Shown in pieces: positions 46,305-57,894 of a stretch of DNA of 64,000 bases. How positions within the stretch are numbered: position 1 is the stretch's first letter; each line of letters opens with the position of its first letter. The notes under the pieces are model-generated. The model had not been told where the DNA came from and ran no database searches. It saw nothing but the letters and a program-made list of their open reading frames with translations. The translations under genes and the position numbers were made by a program. Origin of the DNA: an uncultured Gemmatimonadales bacterium (GTDB taxonomy: Bacteria; Gemmatimonadota; Gemmatimonadetes; Longimicrobiales; RSA9); assembly GCA_963798845.1 (NCBI GenBank), contig CAWCUS010000002.1:320001-384000 (forward strand), written 5' to 3'.

Positions 46305-48115
46305 TGCCGATCCTGGCGCTACGCGCCTTTCTGTTGACGGTCCTGGCGGGGGTCCAGGGGCTGAGTGTGATTCCGGCTGGGGACCGGACGGACGTCCTCA
46401 TCCAGACGGACGGACCCGTCACGATCCAGCACCAGATGCTGGCCTCACCGCCGCGCATCGTGGTGGACCTCGCCGGCTCGGAGTTCGCCCTGCCGGGCCA
46501 GCGGTTCATGGACATCAACCGCGGCGGCGTCGTGGCGCTCCGCTCCAGCCAGTACCAGGCGGGAGTGGTGCGCGTCGTCGTGGACCTGTCCGAGGCCGTG
46601 GACTACGAGATCCACGAAGAGGACGGGCACGTGAGGATCTCCTTCCTGAACCGGGCCGGCCCGTTCGAAGCGTGGAGCACGGGTGCAGGAGCGGCCGCGG
46701 CGGCGACACCGGCCCCGGCGCCGCCTGCCGATGCGCCGACCGCCGCCCTGCCCACCTCCCGGAGCGCCGCGCCGGGTTCGGACGCGCGCGTCGCGAAGCC
46801 GGTGGCCGTGACCCGGCCGGCGGTGATCGAGGCGCCGGATCCTCAGCAGCCCCGGATCACCGTCGAGTTCCGCAACACGCCGATCGTGGACGTGCTCGGC
46901 ACGTTCGCGGACTTCTCGAGCCGCAGCATCGTCCCCGGCAAGGGCGTGGGCAACCAGACGATCACCGCGACGATCCAGGACCAGCCGTGGGACGAAGCCA
47001 TGCGGGCGATCCTGGCGGGGCAGGGGCTCGCGGCGGACGAGATGTCCAGCGGGATCATCATGGTGACGTCGCTTCAGCAGCGGCGGGAGGTCGAGCAGCA
47101 GGAGGCCACCGTTACCGAAGCCTTCCAGCTCGAGTACGTCGCGGCCGACTCCATCGCGGTGCAGGTGCAGCAGCTCCTCGGAAACGGGGAGAAGATGGCC
47201 GGCACGGTCGCGGTCAACCGTGCCACGAACTCCCTGATCGTGTCCGCGGGCGAGTCCACTGTGGCGCGCGTGCGCAACCTGATCCCGTCGCTGGACAAGC
47301 GGACCCCGCAGGTTACGGTGCAGGTCCGGATCCTCTCCCTGCGCCGGAGCGATTTCGATGGCCTCGGGATCCACTACGAGATCAAGGACACCGAAGGCAA
47401 CCAGGTCAACCGCCTCACCCCGGGGTGGAACGACGAGAACGGGAACGGCCTCGTCAATGACGGCGAGCAGGTCGATCCGCAAACGGACATCGTGTCCCTG
47501 ACCGGCAGCAGCATCGCCGCGGTGGGGAACGCGGCGGAGCGGATCCAGAAACCCACGTTCGAAGTGCTTTCGTCGCTCCTTCTCGGGCGCTATGCGGTGA
47601 TCACCTGGCTGGAGGCGGTGGAGCGGCTCGAGCTGGCGGAGCTCCAGGCCGACCCGGTGGTGACGGTGCTGGACAACCGCACTGCCAAGATCCACGTGGG
47701 CGAGCGCACGCCGATCCGTGTGGTGGACGAGGGTGCCGCGTCGGCGAACGGGCCCCGCGCGCAGGTGCGGACGGAGCAGACGGGCGTGATCATCGAGGTC
47801 ACGCCGCACGTGGTCGCGGACCAGGTCCTGCTCCAGCTGCACGCCGAGCGGTCGAACATCGAGAGCTTCTCGGCGGACGCCGGCTACGTCTTCGGGACGT
47901 CGCAGACGGACACGCAGATCCTGCTGAACGACGGCGAGACGGCGGTCATCAGCGGTCTCACGACCACGGACATGAAGACCACGCTCCAGGGCATCCCGAT
48001 CCTCATGGACATCCCGGTGCTGGGCGCCCTGTTCCGGAACACGTACAAGACCGCGGCCAAGCAGGATCTCCTGATCATGGTGACCCCGTACATAGATCGC
48101 TCCGGGGGAACCTGA
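46301..48115 (+). CDS. pilQ: Type IV pilus secretin PilQ (AMIN plus secretin)
   Basis: PPRIVVDL and VVRVVVDL AMIN domain, DQPWDEA, TNSLIV, TVLDNRTAKIHVG, GIPILMDIPVLGALF, LLIMVTP. Confidence 0.92.
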   Translation: MMPILALRAFLLTVLAGVQGLSVIPAGDRTDVLIQTDGPVTIQHQMLASPPRIVVDLAGSEFALPGQRFMDINRGGVVALRSSQYQAGVVRVVVDLSEAVDYEIHEEDGHVRISFLNRAGPFEAWSTGAGAAAAATPAPAPPADAPTAALPTSRSAAPGSDARVAKPVAVTRPAVIEAPDPQQPRITVEFRNTPIVDVLGTFADFSSRSIVPGKGVGNQTITATIQDQPWDEAMRAILAGQGLAADEMSSGIIMVTSLQQRREVEQQEATVTEAFQLEYVAADSIAVQVQQLLGNGEKMAGTVAVNRATNSLIVSAGESTVARVRNLIPSLDKRTPQVTVQVRILSLRRSDFDGLGIHYEIKDTEGNQVNRLTPGWNDENGNGLVNDGEQVDPQTDIVSLTGSSIAAVGNAAERIQKPTFEVLSSLLLGRYAVITWLEAVERLELAELQADPVVTVLDNRTAKIHVGERTPIRVVDEGAASANGPRAQVRTEQTGVIIEVTPHVVADQVLLQLHAERSNIESFSADAGYVFGTSQTDTQILLNDGETAVISGLTTTDMKTTLQGIPILMDIPVLGALFRNTYKTAAKQDLLIMVTPYIDRSGGT

Positions 48116-48158
48116 GCCGCTCGGGCAGTTGACGGCGGCCCGGCCAGGCCGCATGCTC

Positions 48159-48193
48159 CGAAGCCCCCGCCCGCGGCGGGGGCTTCGTCGTTT
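48159..48193 (+). terminator. Hairpin terminator after pilQ
   Basis: CGAAGCCCCCGCC-CGC-GGCGGGGGCTTCG followed by TCGTTT. Confidence 0.7.
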
Positions 48194-48292
48194 CCGCGGC
48201 CGCGCGGGCCGCCCGTGCGCCGGCGCGCCGTTGGCGCGGCGACGTCGTGGTCTGGCCCTGGCCGCGGAGGTCGCCACTCCATCCACAGGCGC

Positions 48293-49546
48293 ATGCACTT
48301 CACTTACACGACCGCCGGCGAATCTCACGGGCGCGGCATCCTCGCCCTCGTCGAGGGCATCCCCGCGGGCCTCTCACTCCAGGCCGACCGTGACATCGAC
48401 CCCCAGCTGCGTCGCCGGCAGGGCGGCTACGGGCGGGGCGGCCGCATGGCCATCGAGCAGGACCGTGCCGAGCTGTGGAGCGGCGTCCGTCTCGGCGAGA
48501 CCATCGGCGCGCCCATTGCCCTCCTGATCCGGAACCGTGACTGGGAGAACTGGACGACGGCCATGAGCCCGGAGCCGCCTTCCGACGACGCCTCGGACCA
48601 CGACCTGCGACGCGTCTACCTCCCGCGCCCGGGGCACGCCGACCTGGTCGGCGTCCTGAAGTACGGCCGCGAGGATGCCCGCGATGTCCTGGAGCGCGCG
48701 TCCGCCCGGGAGACGGCCGCCCGGGTGGCCGCGGGGGCCGTCGCCCGCCGGCTCCTGGCCGGGCTGGGCGTCCGGATCGGCAGCCACGTGGTCCGGCTCG
48801 GCGAAGTGCAGGCCGCGCCACCGGAGCGGTGGCCGGAGGACCTCGACGCCGCGGCCGATGCGTCGCCTCTGCGCACCCTGGACCCCGACGCCGAGCGCCG
48901 CATGATCGACGCGGTGGACGCCGCGCGCCTGGCCGGTGACACCCTCGGCGGCGTGTTCGAGGTGGTGGCCGAAGGTGTGCCGGCGGGGCTCGGCAGCTAT
49001 GTCGCCTGGCACCGCCGCCTCGACGGCCGGCTCGCCGGCGCCCTCATGTCCATCCCGGCCATGAAGGGGGTGGAGATCGGACTTGGGTTCACCGCGGCCG
49101 GGCTCCGGGGCTCAGCGGTCCACGACGAGATCCATTACGATCCGGCGGGGAGCATCCGGACCACGGGTGGGTATGAGCGGCGCACGAACCGGGCGGGCGG
49201 GCTGGAGGGCGGCATGACCACGGGCGCCCCGCTCGTTCTCCGCGTCGCCATGAAGCCGCTCTCGACCCTCATGCGGCCGCTCGCCAGCGTCGACCTGCGC
49301 ACCAAGCGGGCGACCAATGCCATCCGCGAGCGGAGCGATGTGGCGGCGCTCGCGGCTGCCGGCGTGGTGGGTGAGGCCATGGTCGCCATGGTCCTCGCCG
49401 ACGCCGTCCTGGAAAAGTTCGGCGGCGACTCGATGGCCGAGCTGCTCCGCAACGCCGCGGCCTACGGCGATGAGCTGGAACGGCGGGGACGGGCGGTGGC
49501 GCCCGGCGCCCCTGACGAAGCGCCGTACGAGTCGGGGGCCCATTGA
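48293..49546 (+). CDS. aroC: Chorismate synthase
   Basis: [55 protein letters not shown]. Confidence 0.97.
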   Translation: MHFTYTTAGESHGRGILALVEGIPAGLSLQADRDIDPQLRRRQGGYGRGGRMAIEQDRAELWSGVRLGETIGAPIALLIRNRDWENWTTAMSPEPPSDDASDHDLRRVYLPRPGHADLVGVLKYGREDARDVLERASARETAARVAAGAVARRLLAGLGVRIGSHVVRLGEVQAAPPERWPEDLDAAADASPLRTLDPDAERRMIDAVDAARLAGDTLGGVFEVVAEGVPAGLGSYVAWHRRLDGRLAGALMSIPAMKGVEIGLGFTAAGLRGSAVHDEIHYDPAGSIRTTGGYERRTNRAGGLEGGMTTGAPLVLRVAMKPLSTLMRPLASVDLRTKRATNAIRERSDVAALAAAGVVGEAMVAMVLADAVLEKFGGDSMAELLRNAAAYGDELERRGRAVAPGAPDEAPYESGAH

Positions 49547-50103
49547 GCCATGGCGGTGCCCGGCTCCCGGAGCGAATAGTGCTCGTCGGTTTCATGGCCT
49601 CCGGCAAGAGCACCGTCGCGCCGCTCCTTGCCCGGCGGCTCGGCTGGGCCGTCGTCGACATGGACACCCTGATCCTGGAGCGCACGGGGCGGACTCCTGG
49701 TGCGCTGATCCGAGACCGGGGCGAGCAGGCGTTCCGCGCCATCGAACGAACGCTCACCGAAGAGCTGGCGGATCGCCGGAACGCAGTGCTGGCTCCGGGC
49801 GGCGGTTGGGGGGCACGGCCGGAGCTCGCGGCGCTGCTCGGCCCGGGCACGCTGCGCGTGTGGCTGAGAGTATCCGCGGAAGAGGCGGTCCGCCGGGCCG
49901 CCGCCGACGAATCGGATCGTCCCCTCCTGGGCCCGGCTCGCGAACGGCTGGAGCGGGCGAGCGCCCTGCTCGCGGAGCGGGAGGCAGGCTACGCGGCAGC
50001 GGAGATGTCGGTAGATGCGGGGGGGCGGGACCCGGCGGCGGTCGCCGACGAGATCGTCCGGCGGCTGCAGCGAGGGGATGGGGAGGATGATGAGCGAGCG
50101 TAG
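49543..50103 (+). CDS. aroK: Shikimate kinase
   Basis: [28 protein letters not shown]. Confidence 0.93.
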   Translation: MSHGGARLPERIVLVGFMASGKSTVAPLLARRLGWAVVDMDTLILERTGRTPGALIRDRGEQAFRAIERTLTEELADRRNAVLAPGGGWGARPELAALLGPGTLRVWLRVSAEEAVRRAAADESDRPLLGPARERLERASALLAEREAGYAAAEMSVDAGGRDPAAVADEIVRRLQRGDGEDDERA

Positions 50104-52372
50104 AACCCTGGTGATCGTGGAGTCGCCCGCGAAGGCGAGGACCATCGCGAAGTACCTGGGGTCCGGGTATTCCGTGAAGGCGTCCGTGGGCCACGTCCGC
50201 GATCTCCCGGTGCATGAGCTGGGCGTGGACGTGGAAGCCGGATTCGAGCCGCACTACGTCACCATCCGCGGCAAGGGGAAGGTCCTGCGAGAGCTGGCTG
50301 CGGCAGCCCGCGGCGCCGATCGCGTGCTCCTGGCAACGGATCCCGACCGCGAGGGGGAGGCCATCGCGTTCCACGTGGCGGAGGCGCTCGGGCTGGCCTC
50401 GAGCGCCTCCGACGGGCGTCTGCGGCGCATCCGGTTCCACGAGATCACCCGCGATGCAGTGCAGCGGGCCCTGGCCGCGCCGGAGCGGCTGGACATGCGG
50501 AAGGTCGAGGCGCAGCAGGCGAGGCGGATCCTCGATCGGCTCGTCGGCTATCAGGTGAGCCCCATGCTGTGGAAGCCGATACGCCGCGGGCTGAGCGCGG
50601 GCCGCGTCCAGACGGTCGCGCTCCGCCTCGTCACCGAGCGCGAGGACGAGATCCGCGGGTTCACTCCCCGCGAATACTGGTCGGTGACCGCCCTGCTCTC
50701 GGCGCGGGGCCAGGAGTTCAAGGCCAAGCTCCACAGGATCGACGGCCGCGACTTCACCATCGCCAGCGCGGAAGCCGCCCGGGAGGTGATCGACGACGTG
50801 CGCGGCGTCCCCTTCATCGTCGACGCTGTCGAGCGCCGGGAGCGCACCCGGAACCCGCCCGCGCCGTTCACCACCTCCACCCTCCAGCAGGAGGCGGCGA
50901 AGCGGCTCGGCTTCGATGCCCGCCGGACCATGCGCGTGGCGCAGGCGCTGTACGAGGGCGTGGAGCTGGGCGATGGAGCGGCCGGGCTCATCACGTACAT
51001 GCGCACGGACTCCACTCGCGTCGCGCCGTCCGCGGCCGGCGCGGCGAGGGCGTTCCTCCAGAAGCGGTTCGGGGATCGCTACGTCCCCGCCGCACCCCGG
51101 CTGTGGGCGGGGAAGCAGCAGAAAGGCGCGCAGGAGGCGCACGAGGCGATACGCCCCACCGATCCCGCGCGAACGCCTGAAGCGGTGAGGCGGTATCTCG
51201 ACCGCGACCAGCAAAGGCTCTACGAGCTGGTCTGGCTCCGCTTCATGGCCGGTCAGATGCGCCCCGCCGTATTCGACACCACCGCCGTGGATTTCGACAT
51301 CGGCGGATCCCTGCACCGCTATCATTTCAGGGCCACCGGGTCGGTGATGAAGTTCGATGGCTTCACCCGGCTCTACCAGGACGCGAAGGACGAGGACGAT
51401 GGTGGCGCCCAGCATGACCTCGAGCCGCTCCCGCCGCTGAGCAGGGGCGACGAGGCGGATCTCCGCGAATTCAGCCCCGAGCAGCATTTCACGCAGCCTC
51501 CGCCTCGCTTCACCGAAGCCACGCTGGTCCGCGAGATGGAGCGGCTCGGAATCGGACGCCCTTCCACCTACGCCCAGACCCTCTCCACGCTGCGCGACCG
51601 GAAGTACGTGGAAATGGAGCGGAAGCGGTTCGTCCCCACTGCGCTCGGCGAGACCGTGGCCAAGCTGCTCGTCCGCATCTTCCCGGACCTCTTCGACGTG
51701 GGGTTCACCAGCGAGATGGAGCAGGAGCTGGACCGGATCGAGGATGGGGATCTGGATTGGCGCACGGTCCTCGGTGCGTTCTACGGGCCGTTCCGGCGCC
51801 AGCTGGAGCACGGGCGCGCGAGCGGCGCCGAGGTCGTGCGGTCCGTCCTCCAGCTTCCGGACCAGGAGTGTCCCGAGTGCGGGAAACCGCTCACCGTGCG
51901 CTGGAATCGGGCGGGCCGCTTCGTGGCGTGCACGGGCTTCCCGGCCTGCACGTACACGCGCCCGCTCGAGGGCGAGGCGCGTGCGGCGCCCGAGCGCACG
52001 GGAGAGGTGTGCCCCGAATGCGGTGGTGACCTCCTCCGGCGAACCGGTCGCTTCGGCCCCTTCATCGGATGCGCCAACCACCCGAAATGCCGGTACACGC
52101 GCGGCGCAACGATCCCGGACATGGCGTGCCCGAAGTGCGGAATGGGAGGGGTCGGGGAGAAGAGGACGCGGCGGGGCCGGAGCTTCTGGGGGTGCACGCG
52201 CTACCCCGAGTGCGACTGGACCTCGTGGGACCGCCCGGTCCCCGTTGAGTGCCCCGCGTGCGGCGCTCCCTTCCTCCTGGCGAAGACCAGCCGGGCCAGG
52301 GGCGAGTTCTACCGCTGTGTCTCCTGCCGTTCGGAGATGGCGCCGGCGAATGTCGAAGCGGGAGTGAGCTGA
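50090..52372 (+). CDS. topA: DNA topoisomerase I with C-terminal C4 zinc ribbons
   Basis: LVIVESPAKA, ATDPDREGE, SAGRVQ, ITYMRTDS, AHEAIRP, GIGRPSTY, CPECG repeats. Confidence 0.97.
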   Translation: MSERRTLVIVESPAKARTIAKYLGSGYSVKASVGHVRDLPVHELGVDVEAGFEPHYVTIRGKGKVLRELAAAARGADRVLLATDPDREGEAIAFHVAEALGLASSASDGRLRRIRFHEITRDAVQRALAAPERLDMRKVEAQQARRILDRLVGYQVSPMLWKPIRRGLSAGRVQTVALRLVTEREDEIRGFTPREYWSVTALLSARGQEFKAKLHRIDGRDFTIASAEAAREVIDDVRGVPFIVDAVERRERTRNPPAPFTTSTLQQEAAKRLGFDARRTMRVAQALYEGVELGDGAAGLITYMRTDSTRVAPSAAGAARAFLQKRFGDRYVPAAPRLWAGKQQKGAQEAHEAIRPTDPARTPEAVRRYLDRDQQRLYELVWLRFMAGQMRPAVFDTTAVDFDIGGSLHRYHFRATGSVMKFDGFTRLYQDAKDEDDGGAQHDLEPLPPLSRGDEADLREFSPEQHFTQPPPRFTEATLVREMERLGIGRPSTYAQTLSTLRDRKYVEMERKRFVPTALGETVAKLLVRIFPDLFDVGFTSEMEQELDRIEDGDLDWRTVLGAFYGPFRRQLEHGRASGAEVVRSVLQLPDQECPECGKPLTVRWNRAGRFVACTGFPACTYTRPLEGEARAAPERTGEVCPECGGDLLRRTGRFGPFIGCANHPKCRYTRGATIPDMACPKCGMGGVGEKRTRRGRSFWGCTRYPECDWTSWDRPVPVECPACGAPFLLAKTSRARGEFYRCVSCRSEMAPANVEAGVS

Positions 52373-52373
52373 G

Positions 52374-53717
52374 ATGTCGAGCGTCACCGTGATCGGAGGA
52401 GGGCTCGCCGGCTGCGAGGCCGCCTGGCAGCTGGCGGAGCGCGGCCACGACGTCGCCCTCGTCGAGATGCGTCCCGTGCAGGGCACCGAGGCGCACCAGA
52501 CCGACCGACTGGCCGAGCTCGTGTGCACCAACTCCTTCAAGAGCGAGGAGCTCGGCAACGCCCACGGGCTGCTCAAGGCCGAGATGCGCGACCTCGGCTC
52601 TCTCCTCCTCGCCTGCGCGGATCAGACCCGTGTCCCCGCCGGCGCCGCGCTCGCCGTGGATCGCATCCGCTTTTCCGAGCGGATGACGGCGGCGATGGGG
52701 ACTCACCCGCGCATCAGCGTGGAGCGGCGCGAGGTCACGACAATCCCCGAGAGCCCGGCGGTGGTGGCCACCGGACCCCTGACGTCGGACGCGCTCACGG
52801 GCCAGATCCGGGACCTTCTCGGCGACGAAGGCCTCGCCTTCTACGACTCCATCGCGCCCATCGTGTCCTTCGACTCCATCGACATGGACCGGGCATGGCT
52901 CGCCTCGAGGTGGGGCAAGGGGGAAGGCGACGACTACCTGAACTGCCCCATGGATCGAAGGCAGTACGAGGCATTCGTCCACGCGCTGCGCGAAGCCGAC
53001 ACATACCCGGGCCACGACTGGGAGAACGTTCCGTTCTTCGAGGGCTGCCTGCCCGTGGAAGTCATGGCGGAGCGTGGCGTGGACACCCTTCGCTACGGGC
53101 CCATGAAGCCGATCGGGCTGCCCGATCCTCGCACCGGCCGGGATCCCTGGGCGGTGGTCCAGCTGCGGCGCGAGGACCGCACGGGGCAGATGTGGAACAT
53201 GGTCGGGTTTCAGACGCGACTCCGCACCGGCGAGCAGCGGCGGGTCTTCCGCATGATCCCGGGACTCGAGGAGGCGGAGTTCTTCCGCACGGGCTCCATT
53301 CACCGCAACACGTACCTGAACTTCCCGGCCCGGCTCACCGGCTGCGGCGCGCCGGCAGCCCGCCCGGACCTGATCTTCGCCGGCCAGCTCACGGGGGTGG
53401 AGGGGTACACCGAGTCGGCAGCATCCGGGATCGTGGCCGGCATCAACATGGACCGCATGCTCTCGGGCGCAGAGCCCGCGCTCCCTCCCCCGACCACCAT
53501 GATCGGTGGCCTCTTCCGTTATCTGCGCGAAGCCGACCCGGGAGCGTTCCAGCCCATGAATTCCAATTTCGGGCTCCTCGACCCGCTCCAGGAACGGGTC
53601 CGCCGGAAGCGGGAGAAGCGCGAGAAGATGGTGGAGCGCGCGCGCCTGGATTTCGCCGCGTGGCTCGCGGAGGCGGGCGTCGAGCCCGTCAGCGCGTCGG
53701 CCTGGACGGGCGCGTGA
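52374..53717 (+). CDS. trmFO: tRNA (uracil-54) methyltransferase TrmFO/Gid
   Basis: GGGLAGCEAAWQ, AELVCTNSF, FFEGCLPVE, VGFQT, AGQLTGVEGY, FQPMN. Confidence 0.96.
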   Translation: MSSVTVIGGGLAGCEAAWQLAERGHDVALVEMRPVQGTEAHQTDRLAELVCTNSFKSEELGNAHGLLKAEMRDLGSLLLACADQTRVPAGAALAVDRIRFSERMTAAMGTHPRISVERREVTTIPESPAVVATGPLTSDALTGQIRDLLGDEGLAFYDSIAPIVSFDSIDMDRAWLASRWGKGEGDDYLNCPMDRRQYEAFVHALREADTYPGHDWENVPFFEGCLPVEVMAERGVDTLRYGPMKPIGLPDPRTGRDPWAVVQLRREDRTGQMWNMVGFQTRLRTGEQRRVFRMIPGLEEAEFFRTGSIHRNTYLNFPARLTGCGAPAARPDLIFAGQLTGVEGYTESAASGIVAGINMDRMLSGAEPALPPPTTMIGGLFRYLREADPGAFQPMNSNFGLLDPLQERVRRKREKREKMVERARLDFAAWLAEAGVEPVSASAWTGA

Positions 53718-54652
53718 CGGCGCCGGATCGAGGTACCGGTCCGGCCGGCGGCGCGATGCACGACTACCTCCGCTACATCGAGGAAGGGCGGCAGCTCAGC
53801 CTTCACACGGTCGCGGCGTACCGTCGCGACCTGGCGCAGTTCCGGGACTGGATGGACACGCAGCGGGAGGGTTGGGGCTGGGGCGACATCGACCGCCTCG
53901 ATCTCCGATCCTACCTCGGCTACCTCGCCCGTGCCAGCCTCGCCCGCCGCACCATCGCGCGCAAGCTCTCCGCCGTCCGCTCCTTCTTCCGCTGGCTCCA
54001 CCGCGAGGGGGTGTTGGACGGGAACCCCGCGCGCACGGTGCGCTCGCCCAAGCTCGACCGGAAGCTCCCCGGCTGGCTCACCCGCAGCGACATGGACCGG
54101 CTCTTCGTCCTGGCGGAGAACCGGGCCGCAGAAGGGACCTTCCGCGGGCTCCGCGACCTGGCCATCCTGGAGACGTTCTACGCCACCGGGATGCGCCTCT
54201 CCGAGCTCCAGGGCCTCGACCTTCGCGACGTCGACCGGATCAGCGATCAGGTCAAGGTCAGAGGCAAGGGGCGGAAGGAGCGGATCGTGCCGCTCGGGAA
54301 GTCCGCCGGCATCGCCATCCGCCGCTACGAGCCCCGCCGCCTCGCGGCCATCCGCGCCGGCTCTCGCCCCGACCGCGACGCCCTCTTCGTCGGCGACACG
54401 GGCCGACGCCTTTCCACTCGCCGCATCCAGGACATCGTCGGCGAGTTCCTCGACGCCGTGGCCGACGCTGGCGAGCTGTCCACCCACTCGCTCCGCCACT
54501 CCTTCGCCACGCACCTGCTCGACGCGGGCGCCGACCTGATGGCCGTGAAGGAGCTGCTGGGCCATGCGTCGCTTTCGACTACCCGCATCTACACGCATAC
54601 TTCCAAGGAGCGCCTCAGGCAGGTCTACCGCGACGCACACCCGCGCGCGTGA
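53714..54652 (+). CDS. xerC: Tyrosine recombinase XerC
   Basis: TVAAYRRDL, RKLSAVRSFF, TGMRLSEL, GKGRKER, HSLRHSFATHLL, LLGHASLSTTRIY, within trmFO-xerC-hslVU synteny. Alternative start ATG 53756. Confidence 0.92.
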   Translation: MTAPDRGTGPAGGAMHDYLRYIEEGRQLSLHTVAAYRRDLAQFRDWMDTQREGWGWGDIDRLDLRSYLGYLARASLARRTIARKLSAVRSFFRWLHREGVLDGNPARTVRSPKLDRKLPGWLTRSDMDRLFVLAENRAAEGTFRGLRDLAILETFYATGMRLSELQGLDLRDVDRISDQVKVRGKGRKERIVPLGKSAGIAIRRYEPRRLAAIRAGSRPDRDALFVGDTGRRLSTRRIQDIVGEFLDAVADAGELSTHSLRHSFATHLLDAGADLMAVKELLGHASLSTTRIYTHTSKERLRQVYRDAHPRA

Positions 54653-54697
54653 AACCTCAGGGCGGAACAGCGGACCGGTGAGGGGTACAGGGAAGAG

Positions 54698-55252
54698 ATG
54701 AGCGAGTTCGAGTTCCACGCCACCACGATCGTGGCGGCGCGCCATGGTGGCCGGGTCGCCCTGGGCGGCGACGGTCAGGTCACGCTCGGCGACACGGTCA
54801 TGAAGGCCGGCGCCCGCAAGGTCCGAAAGCTCCGCGACGGCAAGATCCTCGCCGGCTTCGCCGGCTCCGTCGCCGACGCGTTCACCCTCTTCGAGAAGTT
54901 CGAGGAGAAGCTGGAGCGCTATCCCGGCAATCTCCCCCGCGCCGTAGTCGAGCTCGCCAAGGACTGGCGCACCGATCGCTTCCTGCGGCGCCTCGAAGCG
55001 CTGCTGGCAGTCGCGGACGAGGAGCGGCTCTTCGTCGTCAGCGGGGATGGCAACGTCATCGAGCCGGACGACGAGATCGCCGCCATCGGCAGCGGCGGCC
55101 CCTACGCCCTCGCCGCCGCGCGGGCGTTCCGCGAGCGCGACGATCTGTCCGCCGCCGACATCGTGCGACGCTCCCTCGAGATCGCCGCCGACATCTGCAT
55201 CTACACGAATCGGAACATCACCGTCCTCGAGCTGGACGGATCCAAGGAATGA
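54698..55252 (+). CDS. hslV: ATP-dependent protease subunit HslV
   Basis: [41 protein letters not shown]. Confidence 0.97.
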   Translation: MSEFEFHATTIVAARHGGRVALGGDGQVTLGDTVMKAGARKVRKLRDGKILAGFAGSVADAFTLFEKFEEKLERYPGNLPRAVVELAKDWRTDRFLRRLEALLAVADEERLFVVSGDGNVIEPDDEIAAIGSGGPYALAAARAFRERDDLSAADIVRRSLEIAADICIYTNRNITVLELDGSKE

Positions 55253-56778
55253 GCCAGGATACCATCACCACCGACGACGACCGGACCGAGAGCGACGCCA
55301 CTCCCCCGGCTGGCCCGCCGGGGAACGTGACAGACAACCCCGCGCCCGGCGCGGGCCAGTGGCTCGACGAGCTCACGCCGCGCCAGATCGTGGCGGAGCT
55401 CGACACGTACATCGTCGGGCAGGACGCGGCGAAGAAGGCCGTGGCCATCGCGCTCCGCAACCGCTGGAGACGGCAGCAGGCGCCCGAGGATCTCCGCGAG
55501 GAGATCATGCCCAACAACATCATCATGATCGGGCCCACCGGAGTGGGGAAGACGGAGATCGCCCGCCGGCTCGCCCGCCTCGCCGGTGCCCCGTTCGTGA
55601 AGGTGGAGGCGTCCAAGTTCACCGAGGTCGGCTACGTCGGACGGGACGTCGAGTCCATCGTCCGCGACCTCGTGGACGTGGCCGTGAACATGGTGCGCGA
55701 CGAGCGGGAAGCCGACGTCGAGGCCCAGGCGCAGGAGGCGGTGGAGGAGCGCCTGCTCGACCTGCTGCTTCCCCCGGTGGCTGAAGGAGCCCCGCGCGAG
55801 GAGGGGGAGGGGGCCAGCGTGCGGGCGTTCGTCGTCGGCTCGTCGGGCCCGGCCGAAGAGACCCAGTCGGAGTCGCCGACCGTGTCCGACCGGCGGCAGC
55901 GGACGCGCGAGAAGCTGCGGACCCTGCTCCGCGACGGGAAGCTCGAGGAGCGCAACGTGGACGTGGAAGTCACGCAGTCCGCCTCCATCGACGGGATGAT
56001 GCTCCCGATGGGCGGAGGCATGGACGGGATGGATTTCAACTTCACCGAGATGCTCCAGGACATGCTCCCCAAGCGGAAAAAGCGCCGCACGGTGAGCATC
56101 TCGGAAGCCCGCCGGATCCTGATCCAGGACGAGCTCGACCGGCTGGTCGACATGGACGAGGTCGTCAACGAAGCGCTCGACCGCACCGAGGACATGGGCA
56201 TCGTCTTCCTGGACGAGATCGACAAGGTGATCGGCCAGCGGGGCGGCGCCGGGCCCGATGTGTCCCGCGAAGGAGTCCAGCGCGACCTCCTCCCCATTGT
56301 CGAGGGGAGCACCGTCCAGACCAAGTACGGCATCGTCCGCACCGACCACGTCCTGTTCGTCGCGGCCGGCGCGTTCCACGTGGCCAAGCCGAGCGAGATG
56401 ATCCCGGAGCTCCAGGGACGGTTCCCGATCCGCGTCGAGCTCTCGCCGCTCACGGAGAAAGACTTCGTCCGTATCCTTCAGGAGCCGAAGAACGCCCTGG
56501 TCCGGCAGTACCAGGCCCTGGTCGCATCCGAGAACGTCCAGCTGGACTTCGCCGAGGACGCCATCCACGAGATCGCCCGCATCGCCGCGGACGTGAACGA
56601 GCGCATGGAGAACATCGGCGCCCGGCGGCTGCACACCGTAATGACGACCCTGCTCGAGGAGCTGCTGTTCGAGCTCCCCGACGGACGGGAAAGCTCCGTC
56701 CATGTGGACGCAGCGATGGTCCGCGAGCGCCTGCGCGAGATCGTGGAGGACGACGACCTGCGGCGCTACATCCTGTAG
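55249..56778 (+). CDS. hslU: ATP-dependent protease ATPase subunit HslU
   Basis: [52 protein letters not shown] end. Confidence 0.97.
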   Translation: MSQDTITTDDDRTESDATPPAGPPGNVTDNPAPGAGQWLDELTPRQIVAELDTYIVGQDAAKKAVAIALRNRWRRQQAPEDLREEIMPNNIIMIGPTGVGKTEIARRLARLAGAPFVKVEASKFTEVGYVGRDVESIVRDLVDVAVNMVRDEREADVEAQAQEAVEERLLDLLLPPVAEGAPREEGEGASVRAFVVGSSGPAEETQSESPTVSDRRQRTREKLRTLLRDGKLEERNVDVEVTQSASIDGMMLPMGGGMDGMDFNFTEMLQDMLPKRKKRRTVSISEARRILIQDELDRLVDMDEVVNEALDRTEDMGIVFLDEIDKVIGQRGGAGPDVSREGVQRDLLPIVEGSTVQTKYGIVRTDHVLFVAAGAFHVAKPSEMIPELQGRFPIRVELSPLTEKDFVRILQEPKNALVRQYQALVASENVQLDFAEDAIHEIARIAADVNERMENIGARRLHTVMTTLLEELLFELPDGRESSVHVDAAMVRERLREIVEDDDLRRYIL

Positions 56779-56984
56779 ACGCCGGTCCGGCTGCGGGTGC
56801 GGCGCGCGTCCCTCCGCCGTGACATCCCTTCCCGGTGCGGCGCGGGACACAGCCTCGCGCCTGCGGAACGACGCCCCCCCGCGGCGGCACGCGGCGTCCT
56901 GCGCCCCGCCGGTTGCCGTCCTCCACGCCGCCCGGCTAGTTTCACCCACCTGCAATTCTGGCGCGAATACCTGCATGGGGGCGC

Positions 56985-57893
56985 ATGGCCAATACACGAC
57001 ATTTTCTCGCCATCCCGGACTTCGAAACGGACGAGCTGTACGCTCTCCTCGACCTGGCCCGACGCCTCAAGTCGGGGGAGGAGACGGGGAAGCCGCTGGC
57101 GGGCAAGACACTGGGCATGATCTTTCAGAAGAGCTCCACGCGCACCCGCGTCTCCTTCGAAGCGGGTATGTACCAGCTGGGCGGGTACGCGCTCTTCCTT
57201 TCCGCCCGCGACCTCCAGCTCGGCCGCGGCGAGCCCATCAAGGACACGGCGCGCGTGCTCTCGCGCTACCTCAATGGCATCATGATCCGCACCTTCGACC
57301 AGAACGACCTGGTCGAGCTGGCGCACTACGGCACCATCCCGATCATCAACGGGCTGACCGATCTCCTGCACCCGTGCCAGGTCGTTGCCGATGTCATGAC
57401 GGTCCAGGAAGCGTTCGGCCGGGATCTGGCGGGGCGGAAGGTCGCCTGGATCGGGGACGGCAACAACATGGCCAACTCGTGGCTGAATGCCGCCTACCGC
57501 TTCGGCCTCGAGGTTCGCATCGCCACGCCCGCGGGGTACGAGCCGAACCAGGACATCTATGACCGCGCCCGCACGGCGGCGACGGTCATGCTCACGCACG
57601 ACCCGATGGAAGCGGCCGACGGTGCCGACGTGGTCACCACCGACGTATGGGCGTCCATGGGCCAGGAAGCGGAGCAGGAGAAGCGAATGGCCGCGTTCCG
57701 GGGCTTCCAGGTGAACGCGGACGTGATGGCGGCCGCTAGTGAGGCCGCCATCTTCCTGCACTGCCTCCCCGCCCACCGCGGCGAGGAGGTGACCGAAGAC
57801 GTCTTCGAGGGTGGTCGGTCCCGCGTGTTCGATGAGGCGGAGAACCGGCTGCACGCCCAGAAGGCGATCATGATCGAGCTCATGGGAGTTTGA
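56985..57893 (+). CDS. argF: Ornithine carbamoyltransferase
   Basis: SSTRTRVSF, HPCQ, GDGNN, DVWASMGQE, HCLP, EAENRLH. Confidence 0.96.
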   Translation: MANTRHFLAIPDFETDELYALLDLARRLKSGEETGKPLAGKTLGMIFQKSSTRTRVSFEAGMYQLGGYALFLSARDLQLGRGEPIKDTARVLSRYLNGIMIRTFDQNDLVELAHYGTIPIINGLTDLLHPCQVVADVMTVQEAFGRDLAGRKVAWIGDGNNMANSWLNAAYRFGLEVRIATPAGYEPNQDIYDRARTAATVMLTHDPMEAADGADVVTTDVWASMGQEAEQEKRMAAFRGFQVNADVMAAASEAAIFLHCLPAHRGEEVTEDVFEGGRSRVFDEAENRLHAQKAIMIELMGV

Positions 57894-57894
57894 A

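Noticed and set aside
48129..48157. TTGACG-N17-CATGCT as the aroC promoter
   Set aside because: The spacing is plausible, but the implied start lies inside the strong hairpin that is better explained as the pilQ terminator. It cannot be supported further
46301..50103. pilQ followed by shikimate pathway genes as a novel link
   Set aside because: pilMNOPQ next to aro genes is a long-known conserved synteny
53714..54652. Tyrosine recombinase as a prophage or island integrase
   Set aside because: It is XerC-sized and sits in the conserved topA-trmFO-xerC-hslV-hslU housekeeping order, with no att sites or cargo
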